A stretch of DNA of 64,000 nucleotides from Acidobacteriota bacterium (lineage in GTDB: Bacteria > Acidobacteriota > Vicinamibacteria > Vicinamibacterales > 2-12-FULL-66-21): positions 460 to 64,459 of the forward strand of contig JBKOZS010000054.1 of assembly GCA_046726015.1 (NCBI GenBank). The letters are read 5' to 3'. The first letter of the stretch is position 1, and each line of letters begins with the position of its first letter. The notes beneath the pieces were generated by a model. The model did no database searches. It had not been told where the DNA came from and worked only from the letters and a program-made list of their open reading frames with translations. Both the position numbers and the translations under genes were made by a program. Below are positions 48,272 to 58,070 of the stretch, piece by piece.

Positions 48272-50971
48272 ATGGAGTCGCGCGAAATTCGCAGTAGTTT
48301 CCTCAAGTATTTCGAGAAGAACCGGCACACGATCGTGCCCAGTTCCTCGCTCGTCCCCGCCGACGATCCGACCCTGCTCTTCACCAACGCAGGCATGAAC
48401 CAGTTCAAGGACGTGTTCCTCGGGCGCGAGAAGCGGCCGTACAAGCGCGCGACGACGGCGCAAAAGTGCATGCGCGTCAGCGGCAAGCACAACGACCTCG
48501 ACAATGTCGGCCCGTCGCTTCGGCATCACACGTTCTTCGAAATGCTGGGGAACTTCTCGTTCGGCGACTACTTCAAGGCCGAGGCGATCCCATTCGCGTG
48601 GGAGCTCCTGACGAAGGTCTGGAATCTCCCGGCCGACCGACTCTTCGCAACGATCTTCAAGGGAGAAGCCGGCATCCCGCGCGACGACGAGGCTTACAAG
48701 ATCTGGCAGCAGTTCCTGCCCGTCGAACGCATCTCGGAGCTCGGTCTCGCGGAGAACTTCTGGCAGATGGGTGACACCGGGCCGTGCGGCCGCTGCTCGG
48801 AGATCCACTATTTCCGCGGCAACCACGTTCCGTGTGAAGAGGACCAGCGCGGGAATGCCTGCCGGGGCCTCGACTGCAGCTGCGATCGCTACGTCGAGAT
48901 CTGGAACAACGTGTTCATGGAGTTCGACCGGCAGCAGGACGGGACGCTGAATCCGCTGCCGGCGCCATCGATCGACACGGGGATGGGGCTGGAGCGGATC
49001 ACCGCGGTGATCCAGGGGAAGTTGTCGAACTACGACACCGACCTCTTTACTCCGATTCTCGAGGCCATTGCGGAGCGCGCGGGGCGTACCTATGGCGCGA
49101 CACTCGACGATCCCCCGGATGTCTCAATGCGCGTGATCGGGGATCACCTGCGGGCGATGACGTTCCTCATCGCGGACGGCGTGGTGCCCTCGAACGAATG
49201 GCGCGGCTACGTCCTGCGGAAGATCATGCGCCGCGCGATGCGTCACGGCAAAAAGCTTGGCATCACCCAGCCCTTCCTGCACTCGCTGGTCGACGTCATC
49301 GTTGCCGAGATGGGTGCCGCGTATCCCGAACTGCGCAGCGGGCGCGACGCGATCGTCCAGGTGGTGCGAAGCGAAGAGGAGCGCTTCGACGCGGTGCTCA
49401 CCGCCGGCTTGCCACGTCTCGAAGAAGTGCTGGATCGCGCAGCGGCCGGGTCGAAGGTGGTGCCGGGGGACGAGGCGTTTCGCCTCTACGATTCACTGGG
49501 TGTGCCGCTCGATTTCATGGAGGACCTGGCGGGCCAGCGCGGCCTGACGATCGACCGTGAAGCCTACGAGCGCGCGATGGAGGGGCAGCGGGAGCGCGCG
49601 CGCGCCGGCAGTGCGTTCAAAGGGAAAGCCACCGATATGCTCTGGCAGACACGAGGTGGCCTTGAACGTGAGCTCGCGGCCGTGGGTGACAACTTCGAAG
49701 GGTACGATCGGACACGAGTCGACGGCGCTCGCGTACTCGGAGTTTTTGACGAGCGCGGAGTTGAAGTAGGAGAGCTGAGTGCGGGTCAACGAGGGTTCAT
49801 TGCCTTAACGAGCACTCCCTTTTATCTCGAGGCTGGTGGACAGGTTTCCGATCGTGGATGGATCACTGGAGTTAACTCCGAAGCTGTGGTTGAGGGAATC
49901 ACACGGTTCCCCAGCTGGCCTCGCCTGCATGCCGTGCTGGTCGAGAGCGGGGTAATCAAGCAGCGCGATATTGTCAGCGCGATCGTCGCGACCGACGTGC
50001 GCGACGCGACACGGCGAAATCACACGGCAACACACCTGCTCCACGCCGCGCTTCGCCAGGTGCTTGGCACGCACGTGAAGCAGGCCGGATCGCTGGTGGC
50101 GCCAGATCGGCTCCGCTTTGACTTCGTCCACTTCTCCGCCATTTCGCGCGAGCAACTCGATCAGATCGAGCGGATCGTGAACGAGCAAATCTATCGGAAT
50201 ACGCCGGTGCAAACGGAACTGCGATCGACGGAAGAAGCGATCGCTGCCGGCGCGATGGCGTTGTTCGGCGAGAAGTACGGCGACCGTGTACGCGTCGTGT
50301 CGGTGCCGGGCTTCAGTCTCGAATTGTGTGGCGGCACGCACGTGCGTGCGACCGGAGACATCGGTCCGTTCGTGATTACTCAGGAAGGGGGCGTTGCCGC
50401 GGGCGTACGCCGAATCGAGGCGCTGACCGGTGCGGGCGCGGTCGCCTTTCACCAGCAACAACGCGCGGCCCTCGATCGCATGCTGACCACGTTGAACACG
50501 ACTGCCGATCAGAGTGTCGACGCCGTGCAGCGCCTGCAATCGGACGCGCGACGGCTCGCGCGCGAAGTCGAGCAGTTGAAAATGAAGGCGGCGCTCGGCG
50601 GCTCCCGAGGAGATTCCGCTGCACACGAGGACACGCACGATGTGAACGGCGTCAAGGTCATTGCCCGCCACGTGTCGGGACTCGAAAAGGGCGCGCTGCG
50701 CGGACTCGCGGACTCGCTACGCGATCGGCTCGGAAGCGGGATCGTCGTCATTGCGTCCGAGACCGACGGCAAGGTCGCACTCGTGGTGTCGGTCACCAAA
50801 GATCTCACCGGCCGCATCCAGGCCGGACGGATCGTCAAGGAGATCGCGCCCATCGTCGGGGGAGGCGGCGGCGGCCGGCCGGACTTCGCTGAAGCCGGAG
50901 GCAAAGATCCGTCGAAGATCGACGATCTGATTCGCCAGGCGCCCGCGGCAATCGCGTCGCTTCTGGGCTGA
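48272..50971 (+). CDS. alaS: alanine--tRNA ligase
   Basis: 899 aa. Starts MESREIRSSFLKYFEKNRHTIVPSSSLVP.DDPTLLFTNAGMNQFK. Editing-domain HTATHLLH..CGGTH and a DHHA1 C-terminus. Confidence 0.97.
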   Translation: MESREIRSSFLKYFEKNRHTIVPSSSLVPADDPTLLFTNAGMNQFKDVFLGREKRPYKRATTAQKCMRVSGKHNDLDNVGPSLRHHTFFEMLGNFSFGDYFKAEAIPFAWELLTKVWNLPADRLFATIFKGEAGIPRDDEAYKIWQQFLPVERISELGLAENFWQMGDTGPCGRCSEIHYFRGNHVPCEEDQRGNACRGLDCSCDRYVEIWNNVFMEFDRQQDGTLNPLPAPSIDTGMGLERITAVIQGKLSNYDTDLFTPILEAIAERAGRTYGATLDDPPDVSMRVIGDHLRAMTFLIADGVVPSNEWRGYVLRKIMRRAMRHGKKLGITQPFLHSLVDVIVAEMGAAYPELRSGRDAIVQVVRSEEERFDAVLTAGLPRLEEVLDRAAAGSKVVPGDEAFRLYDSLGVPLDFMEDLAGQRGLTIDREAYERAMEGQRERARAGSAFKGKATDMLWQTRGGLERELAAVGDNFEGYDRTRVDGARVLGVFDERGVEVGELSAGQRGFIALTSTPFYLEAGGQVSDRGWITGVNSEAVVEGITRFPSWPRLHAVLVESGVIKQRDIVSAIVATDVRDATRRNHTATHLLHAALRQVLGTHVKQAGSLVAPDRLRFDFVHFSAISREQLDQIERIVNEQIYRNTPVQTELRSTEEAIAAGAMALFGEKYGDRVRVVSVPGFSLELCGGTHVRATGDIGPFVITQEGGVAAGVRRIEALTGAGAVAFHQQQRAALDRMLTTLNTTADQSVDAVQRLQSDARRLAREVEQLKMKAALGGSRGDSAAHEDTHDVNGVKVIARHVSGLEKGALRGLADSLRDRLGSGIVVIASETDGKVALVVSVTKDLTGRIQAGRIVKEIAPIVGGGGGGRPDFAEAGGKDPSKIDDLIRQAPAAIASLLG

Positions 50972-50982
50972 TCACAAGGTTG

Positions 50983-51011
50983 CGGGGTGCCGTCCGGAAA
51001 CGGCACACCCG
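50983..51011 (+). terminator. hairpin downstream of alaS (candidate terminator)
   Basis: CGGGGTGCCGT-ccggaa-ACGGCAC(A)CCCG. No clear U-tract. Confidence 0.4.
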
Positions 51012-51109
51012 GCCTCTAAAATCCCCCCTAAACCATTGAAAACTCTCGGCAAAGCCCTTGCCTTGAGAGACGGGTCCGGCTCGACTACACTGTTGAGCTC
51101 ACACTCATA

Positions 51110-51856
51110 ATGGTCCGGAGACTGCTGATCGCCGCCGCGCTTTGCGCGTTGACGCCTACGCTGGCGCACGCCCAGATTTACGCCTGGCGGGATGCGGCCG
51201 GAAACCTGGTGCTGTCGGACAAGCCGAAGGACCCGTCGGCCAGGACCTACGCGGTCGAACCGTCGAATCCTGCCGCGTCGCTTTCCACTCCCGCGCCCGC
51301 GCCGACTGGCTTTCGCACGACGAAGGCTGCGTTCAGTCAACGCGCCGCTGTCTACGACGACCTCATCGTCGAGCATTCCACGCGGCATGCGATGAGTCCC
51401 GATTTCGTGCGGGCCGTCATCCACGCGGAATCGGCCTTCAACCCGCGCGCGCGATCGGTGAAGGGGGCGATGGGGCTGATGCAGTTGATGCCGCAGACGG
51501 CGCGCGCGTATGGCGTGTTCGACCCGTACAACGCGGCGGAAAACATCCGCGCTGGCGTCGCCTATCTTCGGAGCCTACTGGACCGCTTCAATCAAAACGA
51601 GGAGCTCGCGCTGGCCGCGTATAACGCGGGCCCGAACGCCGTCGAGAAATACGGGCGCACCGTGCCGCCTTACAAGGAAACCCGCAACTACGTCGCGAAA
51701 ATTCGCGGCGCCGCGTCGCAGACGGCGGCCGCGGCGACGCCTCCCGTCACCCGCGTATTCAAGTCCATCGACATCGTCGATGGCCGTCCAGTCCTCCGAT
51801 TCTCGAACAAGCCGACAGACGGCGCCGAGGTCGTCCGCGGCGCGGACCGACGGTAA
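51110..51856 (+). CDS. lytic transglycosylase (SLT domain) with N-terminal DUF4124-like segment
   Basis: Signal peptide, then IYAWRDAAGNLVLSD (DUF4124-like). SLT catalytic block ..IHAESAFNPRARSVKGAMGLMQLMPQTA..AYNAGP. Confidence 0.85.
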   Translation: MVRRLLIAAALCALTPTLAHAQIYAWRDAAGNLVLSDKPKDPSARTYAVEPSNPAASLSTPAPAPTGFRTTKAAFSQRAAVYDDLIVEHSTRHAMSPDFVRAVIHAESAFNPRARSVKGAMGLMQLMPQTARAYGVFDPYNAAENIRAGVAYLRSLLDRFNQNEELALAAYNAGPNAVEKYGRTVPPYKETRNYVAKIRGAASQTAAAATPPVTRVFKSIDIVDGRPVLRFSNKPTDGAEVVRGADRR

Positions 51857-51910
51857 ACGACTCAGGGCTTCCGCCTTCGCCGCAAGCGGCTACGGCGGAC
51901 GAGCACCGAC

Positions 51911-51967
51911 CGCGTATCGCCGCACATCGCGCCTCGCGCACATCGCACCTCGCGCATCGCGCCTCGC
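51911..51967. repeat. tandem CGCRCMT heptamer array
   Basis: CGCGTAT CGC CGCACAT CGCGCCT CGCGCACAT CGCACCT CGCGCAT CGCGCCT CGC, read directly. Confidence 0.75.
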
Positions 51968-51968
51968 T

Positions 51969-51974
51969 TAAAAT
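51969..51974 (+). promoter_or_regulatory. candidate -10 box TAAAAT, 6 nt upstream of the S4-domain gene ATG
   Basis: cgctTAAAATcactgaATG. No Shine-Dalgarno sequence. Confidence 0.35.
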
Positions 51975-51980
51975 CACTGA

Positions 51981-52361
51981 ATGCGATTGGACGTCTGGCT
52001 CGACGTCAGTTGTCTCTTCAAGACCCGGAGCGAGGCGCAGAAGGCCTGCAAGGGAGGCAAGGTCGACGTGAACGGCCAGGCCGCCAAGCCACATCGTGAA
52101 GTGGCACCCGGTGATGAGATCGAGATTACGCGTACGTTTGGAAGACGCCAGAAGGTGATCGTGAAGGGACTGGCCGAGCAGCACGTCCCCAGGGCGGAGG
52201 CGCGCCTGCTTTACGAGGATCTGACGCCAAAGCCAACAGCGGAAGAGCTCGAGATGCTCCGCATTGCGCGTCTGGCGGCGCCGTTTACGCGTCCGGCATC
52301 AGCGGGCGCACCGGACCGCCGGGAGCGTCGCATGCTGCGGCGCCTCAAAGGGCGCGGCTGA
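51981..52361 (+). CDS. RNA-binding S4-domain protein (Hsp15/HslR-like)
   Basis: 126 aa. Starts MRLDVWLDVSCLFKTRSEAQKACKGGKVDVNGQAAKP (S4 fold). Basic C-terminal tail. Confidence 0.8.
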   Translation: MRLDVWLDVSCLFKTRSEAQKACKGGKVDVNGQAAKPHREVAPGDEIEITRTFGRRQKVIVKGLAEQHVPRAEARLLYEDLTPKPTAEELEMLRIARLAAPFTRPASAGAPDRRERRMLRRLKGRG

Positions 52362-52366
52362 ACCGA

Positions 52367-52473
52367 CCACGGATGGACACGGAATCACGCGGATTCTCCC
52401 GCAAATGCGCGCGACCGGGGGCCTTCCCGCGCCTTCGCGCCTCCGATCCGTGTCCCTCCGTGTGAGTCCGTGG
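52367..52473. repeat. long imperfect inverted repeat of CACGGA-containing units (52367-52396) and TCCGTG units (52441-52473)
   Basis: CCACGGATGGACACGGAATCACGCGGATTC ... CTCCGATCCGTGTCCCTCCGTGTGAGTCCGTGG. Confidence 0.7.
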
Positions 52474-52479
52474 TAGAAT
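52471..52479 (+). promoter_or_regulatory. extended -10-like promoter TGGTAGAAT for rpsT
   Basis: TGnTAGAAT lies 46 nt upstream of the rpsT ATG and is followed by an unusually AT-rich leader. Confidence 0.45.
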
Positions 52480-52525
52480 CAATGGTTTGCTAACCCTTAA
52501 ACATTGAGCATTTAGCATTTTCTCT

Positions 52526-52798
52526 ATGGCTAGTCACGCTTCAGCACTCAAGGCCCACCGTCAGAACATCGTCCGCCGCGAGGCGAACCGCCAGCTCCGC
52601 AGCCGCCTTCGTGGCGCGCTCCGAAGCATCCGCGCCGCCATCGACGCCGGGGATCCGGCGCAGGTCAAGGACGCGCTCCGCAGCACAATCTCGCTGGTCG
52701 ACAAGATGGCGGGCAAGCGCGTGATTCACCGCAACGCCGCCGCGCGCTACAAGTCGCGGCTTGCGAAGCGGGTGACGAAGAAGACCGCCACGGCGTAA
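52526..52798 (+). CDS. rpsT: 30S ribosomal protein S20
   Basis: 90 aa. Starts MASHASALKAHRQNIVRREANRQLRSRLR.. Basic helical protein typical of bS20. Confidence 0.95.
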   Translation: MASHASALKAHRQNIVRREANRQLRSRLRGALRSIRAAIDAGDPAQVKDALRSTISLVDKMAGKRVIHRNAAARYKSRLAKRVTKKTATA

Positions 52799-52835
52799 CG
52801 CGCCCGGCCTGAATCTCCGCGCTCGCTGCCCGACA

Positions 52836-53864
52836 TCAACGCGGCGGCTTCGACGCGGCAAACTCCGGCTTACACAATTCCACGACGAGCCGTTCCAGCA
52901 GGACGCGCGGGTCGCCGCCCGAGCTTTTGAGGTCGAGATCCGTGCGAAACAGCGCATCGATTGCCGCTGGCACGCGGCGCGGGGAGGTCATGGACAGCTT
53001 TTCGCGGACGAACCATGCGAGCTGGCCGAGAATCTGGTACGGCACTCCCCCGCCGTCGAGCGCGAGCCCGATCTGCCGCAGCGCTTCCGCCGTGTTCCCC
53101 TGTTGAATCGCGTTGGTGACGGCCCAGTCGTCCTGTGACGCTTCGGCGCTCACCACTTCACGCGCGTCGGCGAGCGTGATGTTTGGTTTGCCCGCCGCAT
53201 ACAGCAGCAGCCGATCGAGATCCCCGCGCAAGCGGGCGATGTCGGAGCCGGCGCGTTCGGCGACGAGCCGCGCGGCCGGCGGCTCGATTTGCTGGCCGGC
53301 ATCCGCAACCGCCTTCTTCACGAGCTGCTCTGCCATGCGCGCAGCCTGGCGAAGATCCACGCGCTCTCCCTTGCCTGGCTTCAGCCCCCAGCACTCGACA
53401 ACTGTCGCCGATTTGTAGAGCGCCTTGCCAATGCGGCGCGACCTGTCCACGTCTGCCGCCGTGATCACGAGCGTCGTGGTTGGCTCGGGACGCTGAACGT
53501 ACTCGGTCAACACGTCGAGGTCCGTTGCGGATTCGCCGTCCTCTTCGTCATCCTCTGCTTCCGCGGCACGGCCGCGACGCTTCGGCTTCAGCAGCCGCTC
53601 TCCTCGCAGCACGACCACCACGCGGCGATCGCTCATCATCGGCAGCAGTCGCGCCGATTCGACAATGGCAGCTGGCGTGACCGCCTTCTCACCCGCATAC
53701 AAGCGATCGACATTGAACGCGCGGAGCTCGTCCTCGACGACGCCGGCAATGTCGGTCGCCAGGTGCGAGATCTCCGCGTCATCGTCGCCCACGATGAGGT
53801 AAACAGGCGCCGGGATACGTTTGGCGATGGCAGTACGCACGTCAGCGGGTGTTGCGGCAGACAT
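52836..53864 (-). CDS. holA: DNA polymerase III delta subunit
   Basis: 342 aa with ..PVYLIVGDD..E.. at the N-terminus. Follows lptE in the conserved leuS-lptE-holA order. Confidence 0.88.
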   Translation of the reverse strand: MSAATPADVRTAIAKRIPAPVYLIVGDDDAEISHLATDIAGVVEDELRAFNVDRLYAGEKAVTPAAIVESARLLPMMSDRRVVVVLRGERLLKPKRRGRAAEAEDDEEDGESATDLDVLTEYVQRPEPTTTLVITAADVDRSRRIGKALYKSATVVECWGLKPGKGERVDLRQAARMAEQLVKKAVADAGQQIEPPAARLVAERAGSDIARLRGDLDRLLLYAAGKPNITLADAREVVSAEASQDDWAVTNAIQQGNTAEALRQIGLALDGGGVPYQILGQLAWFVREKLSMTSPRRVPAAIDALFRTDLDLKSSGGDPRVLLERLVVELCKPEFAASKPPR

Positions 53865-53867
53865 TCA

Positions 53868-53933
53868 GATCCGTGTTATCCGTGAGATCCGCGGCTGTGA
53901 TCCGTGTGTTTCGGTGATCCGTGTGATCCGTGG
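53868..53933. repeat. six copies of (G)ATCCGYG filling the lptE-holA spacer
   Basis: GATCCGTGT TATCCGTGA GATCCGCGGCTGT GATCCGTGTGTTTCGGT GATCCGTGT GATCCGTGG. Confidence 0.85.
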
Positions 53934-54464
53934 TTAAAAGGCTTCCAGGATGGCGCTGACGACGGCGCGCGCGAATTCCGTGGCCATGCGTTCGAGCGCG
54001 TTGACGTCCTGTCCGAAAAAGGTTGAAGGATCGAGCGTGCTGTTGCCCGACGCGACATCGAACTCCTCGCGATACTGCATGGACGGATTCGCCCACAGGA
54101 CCTTGTTCGTTTTCAGGTCCTTGAACTCGACGCTGGCCGTCAAGATGAGCGCATAGCGTGTCGCCTGCTGCTGCTCGTTGAACGCGGCCGGCTGAATCGT
54201 GATCGAGGCAATCGCACCGGTCAGCAGCGCGTCGACACCCGTGGTCTCGGGAACAATCGTGTACTTGCCCCGGCCCAGGAACTCCGTGCGGACCTTGTCG
54301 GTCACGCGACGATCGACATCGAATATCGCCGTGTGGTTCGCGAACTGCGGTATCCCAATCCGATGAATGTATGACGGCAGAAACGATCCGCGACCCGCCA
54401 GCGAATATCCGCAGCCGGTCTGCGCGATCAGCGCCGCCATGATGACGATGCGCTTGATCATCAT
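53934..54464 (-). CDS. lptE: LPS-assembly lipoprotein LptE
   Basis: 176 aa. Lipobox ..[17 protein letters not shown] overlap with the leuS stop. Conserved position between leuS and holA. Confidence 0.8.
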   Translation of the reverse strand: MMIKRIVIMAALIAQTGCGYSLAGRGSFLPSYIHRIGIPQFANHTAIFDVDRRVTDKVRTEFLGRGKYTIVPETTGVDALLTGAIASITIQPAAFNEQQQATRYALILTASVEFKDLKTNKVLWANPSMQYREEFDVASGNSTLDPSTFFGQDVNALERMATEFARAVVSAILEAF

Positions 54465-57010
54465 TGCACCACGATGCTGACAAGCCGTCCGTTCGCCACG
54501 ACCACCTTCTTCACCGTGCGCCCCTGCAGGTGCGTGCGGATCTGCGGCTCGGCGAGCGCGGTTTCACGCAACTGTTCCTCGGTCGTGTCCGTCGGAACCG
54601 TGATCCGGCCGCGGAGCTTCCCGTTGATCTGAACCGGAACCACGATCTCCTCGGCTCTTGCGACCGATTCATCGTACGCAGGCCAGCCGGCGGCCGTAAT
54701 CCCGCCCGAGTGTCCGAGGCCTTCCCACAGCTCCTCTGCCATGTGCGGGACGAACGGGGACAGCATCAGCACCAGCGCTTCGATCGACTCCTTCAGCACG
54801 GCAATCGTGCCCGGCCGCTCGATGACCCCCACGTGATCCGATTCCTCGCCAGCCGGGCCGCATTGCGTACGACTGCAGAACGCGTACAACTCGTTGACGA
54901 GCTCCATCATCGCAGAGACCGCCGTGTTCAAATGGACGCGAGGGTCCAGATCGTGCGTGACCCGCTTGATGGTCTGGTGCGTCTTGCGGCGTAGCGCACG
55001 TTCCTCGTCATTGAGCTCGACGTCCGACGGCCCTGGAATCCCCAGTCCGCCAATCGTCTCGCTCAGCGAGTCCACGAGCCGCCAGACACGCGCCAGGAAC
55101 CGGAAGCTCCCTTCGAGCCCCGCATCGTTCCACTCGATCTCTTTCTCGGGCGGCGCCACGAAGATGACATAGAGCCGCAGGGCGTCCGCGCCGTACTTCT
55201 GGATCATGTCGTCGGGATCGACCACGTTTCCCTTGGACTTGGACATGACCTGGCCATTCTTCAGCACCATCCCTTGCGTCAGCAGACGATCGAACGGCTC
55301 GCTCAGGTGCGTCATCCCGAGGTCGCGAAACACGCGCGTGAAGAAACGCGAATAAATCAGGTGGAGGATCGCGTGCTCCACGCCTCCGACATAAAAGTCG
55401 ACCGGGCCCCAGTACCCGACCGTCACCGGATCGAACGGCAACTGGTCGTTGTGCGGATCGCAGAAGCGGAAGAAGTACCACGACGAGTCGACGAACGTGT
55501 CCATCGTGTCCGTCTCGCGGCGCGCCGGGCCGCCGCACTCCGGGCACGTCGCGTTCACGAACTCGGGGATCTGTGCGAGCGGGGAATCTCCACGCCCGGA
55601 GAATTCCGCCGTCTTCGGCAGTTCGACCGGCAGCTGGTCGTACGGCACCGGAACCATGCCGTCCTTCTCGCAGTAGAGCACTGGAATCGGGGTGCCCCAG
55701 TAGCGCTGACGCGAAATGCCCCAGTCCTTCAAACGGTATTGCACGGTGCCACGGCCGATGCTCCGCTTCTCGGCCGCTTCCGTCATGCGGCGGTTGGCCT
55801 CTTCCCAGTCGAGTCCGTTGAACTCACCCGACGCCACCAGTTTTCCCGCGCCCGGTTTGGCTTCGGTCATGGTTGCCGCGTCGAGCGGTTCACCGTCCGG
55901 CTGAACGACGATGGTAATCGGCAGCGCGTATTTCCGCGCGAACTCGAAATCGCGCTGATCGTGTCCGGGGACACCCATGACGGCGCCCGTGCCGTACTCG
56001 ATCAGGACGAAGTTCGCGATCCAGATCGGAACCGCCTGGCCGGTGAACGGATTGATTGCGCGGCGGCCGGTGTCGAAGCCTTCCTTTTCGACTTCCCCTT
56101 GCATGCGCGCGGAGCGATCCTGCGAGGTGAACTTCGCCACCTTCGCGCGGAATGCTTCCGGATCAGGCGAGCCGTCCGCGAACTCTCGGACGAGCGGATG
56201 CTCCGGAGCAACCACGATGAAGTTCGCGCCGTAGATGGTGTCGATCCGCGTCGTGAACACCTCGATGCCACCAGGCTGCGGCGTCGGTCGTCCACCGTCA
56301 GGGGCGAGCGGGAACGTGACGAACGCCCCGGCCGACCGTCCCACCCAGTTGCGCTGCATGGTGAGGACCTTGTCCGGCCACTCTCCCAGCAGCTCCATGC
56401 CATCGAGCAGTTCGTCGGCGTAGTGCGTGATGCGGAAGAACCACTGCTCCAGCTCGCGCGTGACGACCGGCGTGCCGCACCGCCAGCAGCCGCCGTTCAC
56501 GACCTGCTCGTTTGCCAGCACGGTCTGGCAGCTCGGACACCAGTTCACGCTGGACCGTTTGCGATACGCAAGGTCCCGCTCCAGCATCTTGAGGAAGATC
56601 CACTGGTTCCACTTGTAGTACTCGGGCAGGCAGGTGGCGATCTCGCGCTCCCAGCCGTAGCTGATGCCGATACGCTGGAGCTGCCCCTTCATGTGCGCGA
56701 TGTTCTGGAGCGTCCAGGCCTCCGGGTGCGTCCGGTTCTTGATCGCGGCGTTCTCGGCCGGCAGGCCGAACGCGTCCCATCCGAACGGGTGCAGGACGTT
56801 GAAGCCGCGCATCCGCTTCATGCGCGCGATGACGTCGCCGATCATGTAATTGCGCAGGTGACCGACGTGCGCGTGACCCGACGGGTACGCGAACATCTCG
56901 AGGCAGTAGTACTTCGGCTTCGAGGGGTCCTCCGTCACCTCGAACGCGCGCTCGGCAGTCCAGCAGTCCTGCCACTTCTTCTCGATAGCCTGGGGCTTGT
57001 AGTCGGGCAC
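54461..57010 (-). CDS. leuS: leucine--tRNA ligase
   Basis: 849 aa. HVGH (HIGH-type) motif in [19 protein letters not shown]-type VMSKSKGN, and the CP1 editing domain. GTG start. Confidence 0.97.
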   Translation of the reverse strand: MPDYKPQAIEKKWQDCWTAERAFEVTEDPSKPKYYCLEMFAYPSGHAHVGHLRNYMIGDVIARMKRMRGFNVLHPFGWDAFGLPAENAAIKNRTHPEAWTLQNIAHMKGQLQRIGISYGWEREIATCLPEYYKWNQWIFLKMLERDLAYRKRSSVNWCPSCQTVLANEQVVNGGCWRCGTPVVTRELEQWFFRITHYADELLDGMELLGEWPDKVLTMQRNWVGRSAGAFVTFPLAPDGGRPTPQPGGIEVFTTRIDTIYGANFIVVAPEHPLVREFADGSPDPEAFRAKVAKFTSQDRSARMQGEVEKEGFDTGRRAINPFTGQAVPIWIANFVLIEYGTGAVMGVPGHDQRDFEFARKYALPITIVVQPDGEPLDAATMTEAKPGAGKLVASGEFNGLDWEEANRRMTEAAEKRSIGRGTVQYRLKDWGISRQRYWGTPIPVLYCEKDGMVPVPYDQLPVELPKTAEFSGRGDSPLAQIPEFVNATCPECGGPARRETDTMDTFVDSSWYFFRFCDPHNDQLPFDPVTVGYWGPVDFYVGGVEHAILHLIYSRFFTRVFRDLGMTHLSEPFDRLLTQGMVLKNGQVMSKSKGNVVDPDDMIQKYGADALRLYVIFVAPPEKEIEWNDAGLEGSFRFLARVWRLVDSLSETIGGLGIPGPSDVELNDEERALRRKTHQTIKRVTHDLDPRVHLNTAVSAMMELVNELYAFCSRTQCGPAGEESDHVGVIERPGTIAVLKESIEALVLMLSPFVPHMAEELWEGLGHSGGITAAGWPAYDESVARAEEIVVPVQINGKLRGRITVPTDTTEEQLRETALAEPQIRTHLQGRTVKKVVVANGRLVSIVVQ

Positions 57011-57019
57011 GATCCTTAA

Positions 57020-57025
57020 ATTATA
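57020..57025 (-). promoter_or_regulatory. candidate -10 box TATAAT, 9 nt upstream of the leuS GTG start
   Basis: Minus strand reads gacgaTATAATttaaggatcGTG. Confidence 0.4.
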
Positions 57026-57140
57026 TCGTCAGTCCGTCATGCGGCTCGGAGCGAGAACGGTGTGTCGTTGCGCGAGCCGCAACGGAACTGGCGCGCCACG
57101 GGCGCGCCGGGGGGTCCGGCGGGGCGAAGCCCCGGTCTGA

Positions 57141-58043
57141 TTAGAAAAGCGCAACCGTGGCGTCGAGGCAGGCTCCGAGCGCGTCGAGGTCGTACCCTCC
57201 TTCGGTCACGAAGGCGATCGGGCAGTGTCGATCGGCAACGGTCTTGAGATGAGCGACGATCGCCGCGTAGCCTTCCGTGGTCACGCGCATCGAGGCGAGC
57301 GGGTCGTCGGCATGCGCGTCGTAGCCGGCGGACACGAGCAGCAGCTCGGGTGCGAACTCGTCGAGCCTGCCGACAATGGTCTTGTACGCCCGGTCGTACA
57401 CAGCGTCCGTGGCTCCAGCCGCAAGCGGCACGTTCATCGTGTAGCCCTTCCCGGGTCCTCTGCCGACTTCATCCGCCGCACCGGTGCCAGGATAGAACGG
57501 AAACTGATGGGTCGATACGTAAAGGACGCGGGGATCGTCGTAGAACATCCACTGCGTTCCGTTGCCGTGATGCACGTCGATGTCGACCACTGCGACACGC
57601 GACAGGCCGCGTGCGATCGCCGCGGCTGCCGCGACGGCGACGTTGTTGAACAGGCAGAACCCCATCGCCCGGTCCCGTTCGGCGTGATGCCCGGGCGGCC
57701 TCACAAGCGCAAAGGCGGGCTTCCGAGTCTCGAGCGCGTGTTCCATCGCCTGCACGGCCGCGCCAGCCGCGAGCAGCGCGATGTCATACGACTCTGGCGA
57801 TGTGAAGGTGTCCGGATCGAGCATCACTGCGCGGCCCGCCGTCGCCGTAATCGCGTTGATGTAGGCCGAATCGTGAACGCGCGCCAGCTCTTCGCGCGTC
57901 GCGGATCGGGGCTCGATGACCCGCACGCCCTTCTCCTTCCAGCGAGAGGCAACCTCGCTGAACACGCGGGCGCGCTCGGGACGCTCGGGATGGCCGGGTG
58001 GCGTCGTGTGTTCCTCGAAGCGTTCAGAAGCAATGAATAGCAT
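57141..58043 (-). CDS. histone deacetylase-family (class II HDAC/AcuC/Aph-like) deacetylase
   Basis: ATG 58043 gives MLFIASERFEEHTTPPGHPERPERARV.. Has ..RPPGHHAE.., DIDVHHGNGTQ and ..VSAGYDAH.. The track start at 58112 is an upstream extension. Confidence 0.9.
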   Translation of the reverse strand: MLFIASERFEEHTTPPGHPERPERARVFSEVASRWKEKGVRVIEPRSATREELARVHDSAYINAITATAGRAVMLDPDTFTSPESYDIALLAAGAAVQAMEHALETRKPAFALVRPPGHHAERDRAMGFCLFNNVAVAAAAAIARGLSRVAVVDIDVHHGNGTQWMFYDDPRVLYVSTHQFPFYPGTGAADEVGRGPGKGYTMNVPLAAGATDAVYDRAYKTIVGRLDEFAPELLLVSAGYDAHADDPLASMRVTTEGYAAIVAHLKTVADRHCPIAFVTEGGYDLDALGACLDATVALF

Positions 58044-58055
58044 CGCCGATCGCCG

Positions 58056-58061
58056 TATACT
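58056..58061 (+). promoter_or_regulatory. candidate -10 box TATACT, 9 nt upstream of the response-regulator ATG
   Basis: ccgTATACTctgaagacaATG, within the 27-nt HDAC/REC divergent spacer. Confidence 0.35.
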
Positions 58062-58070
58062 CTGAAGACA

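Noticed and set aside
57090-57108. Two GGCGCGCC palindromes separated by 3 nt downstream of the deacetylase gene, as a specific operator.
   Set aside because: Self-complementary GC octamers are expected at appreciable frequency in this composition. Together they simply form an 8-bp hairpin, probably part of the terminator region. There is no other copy in the window.
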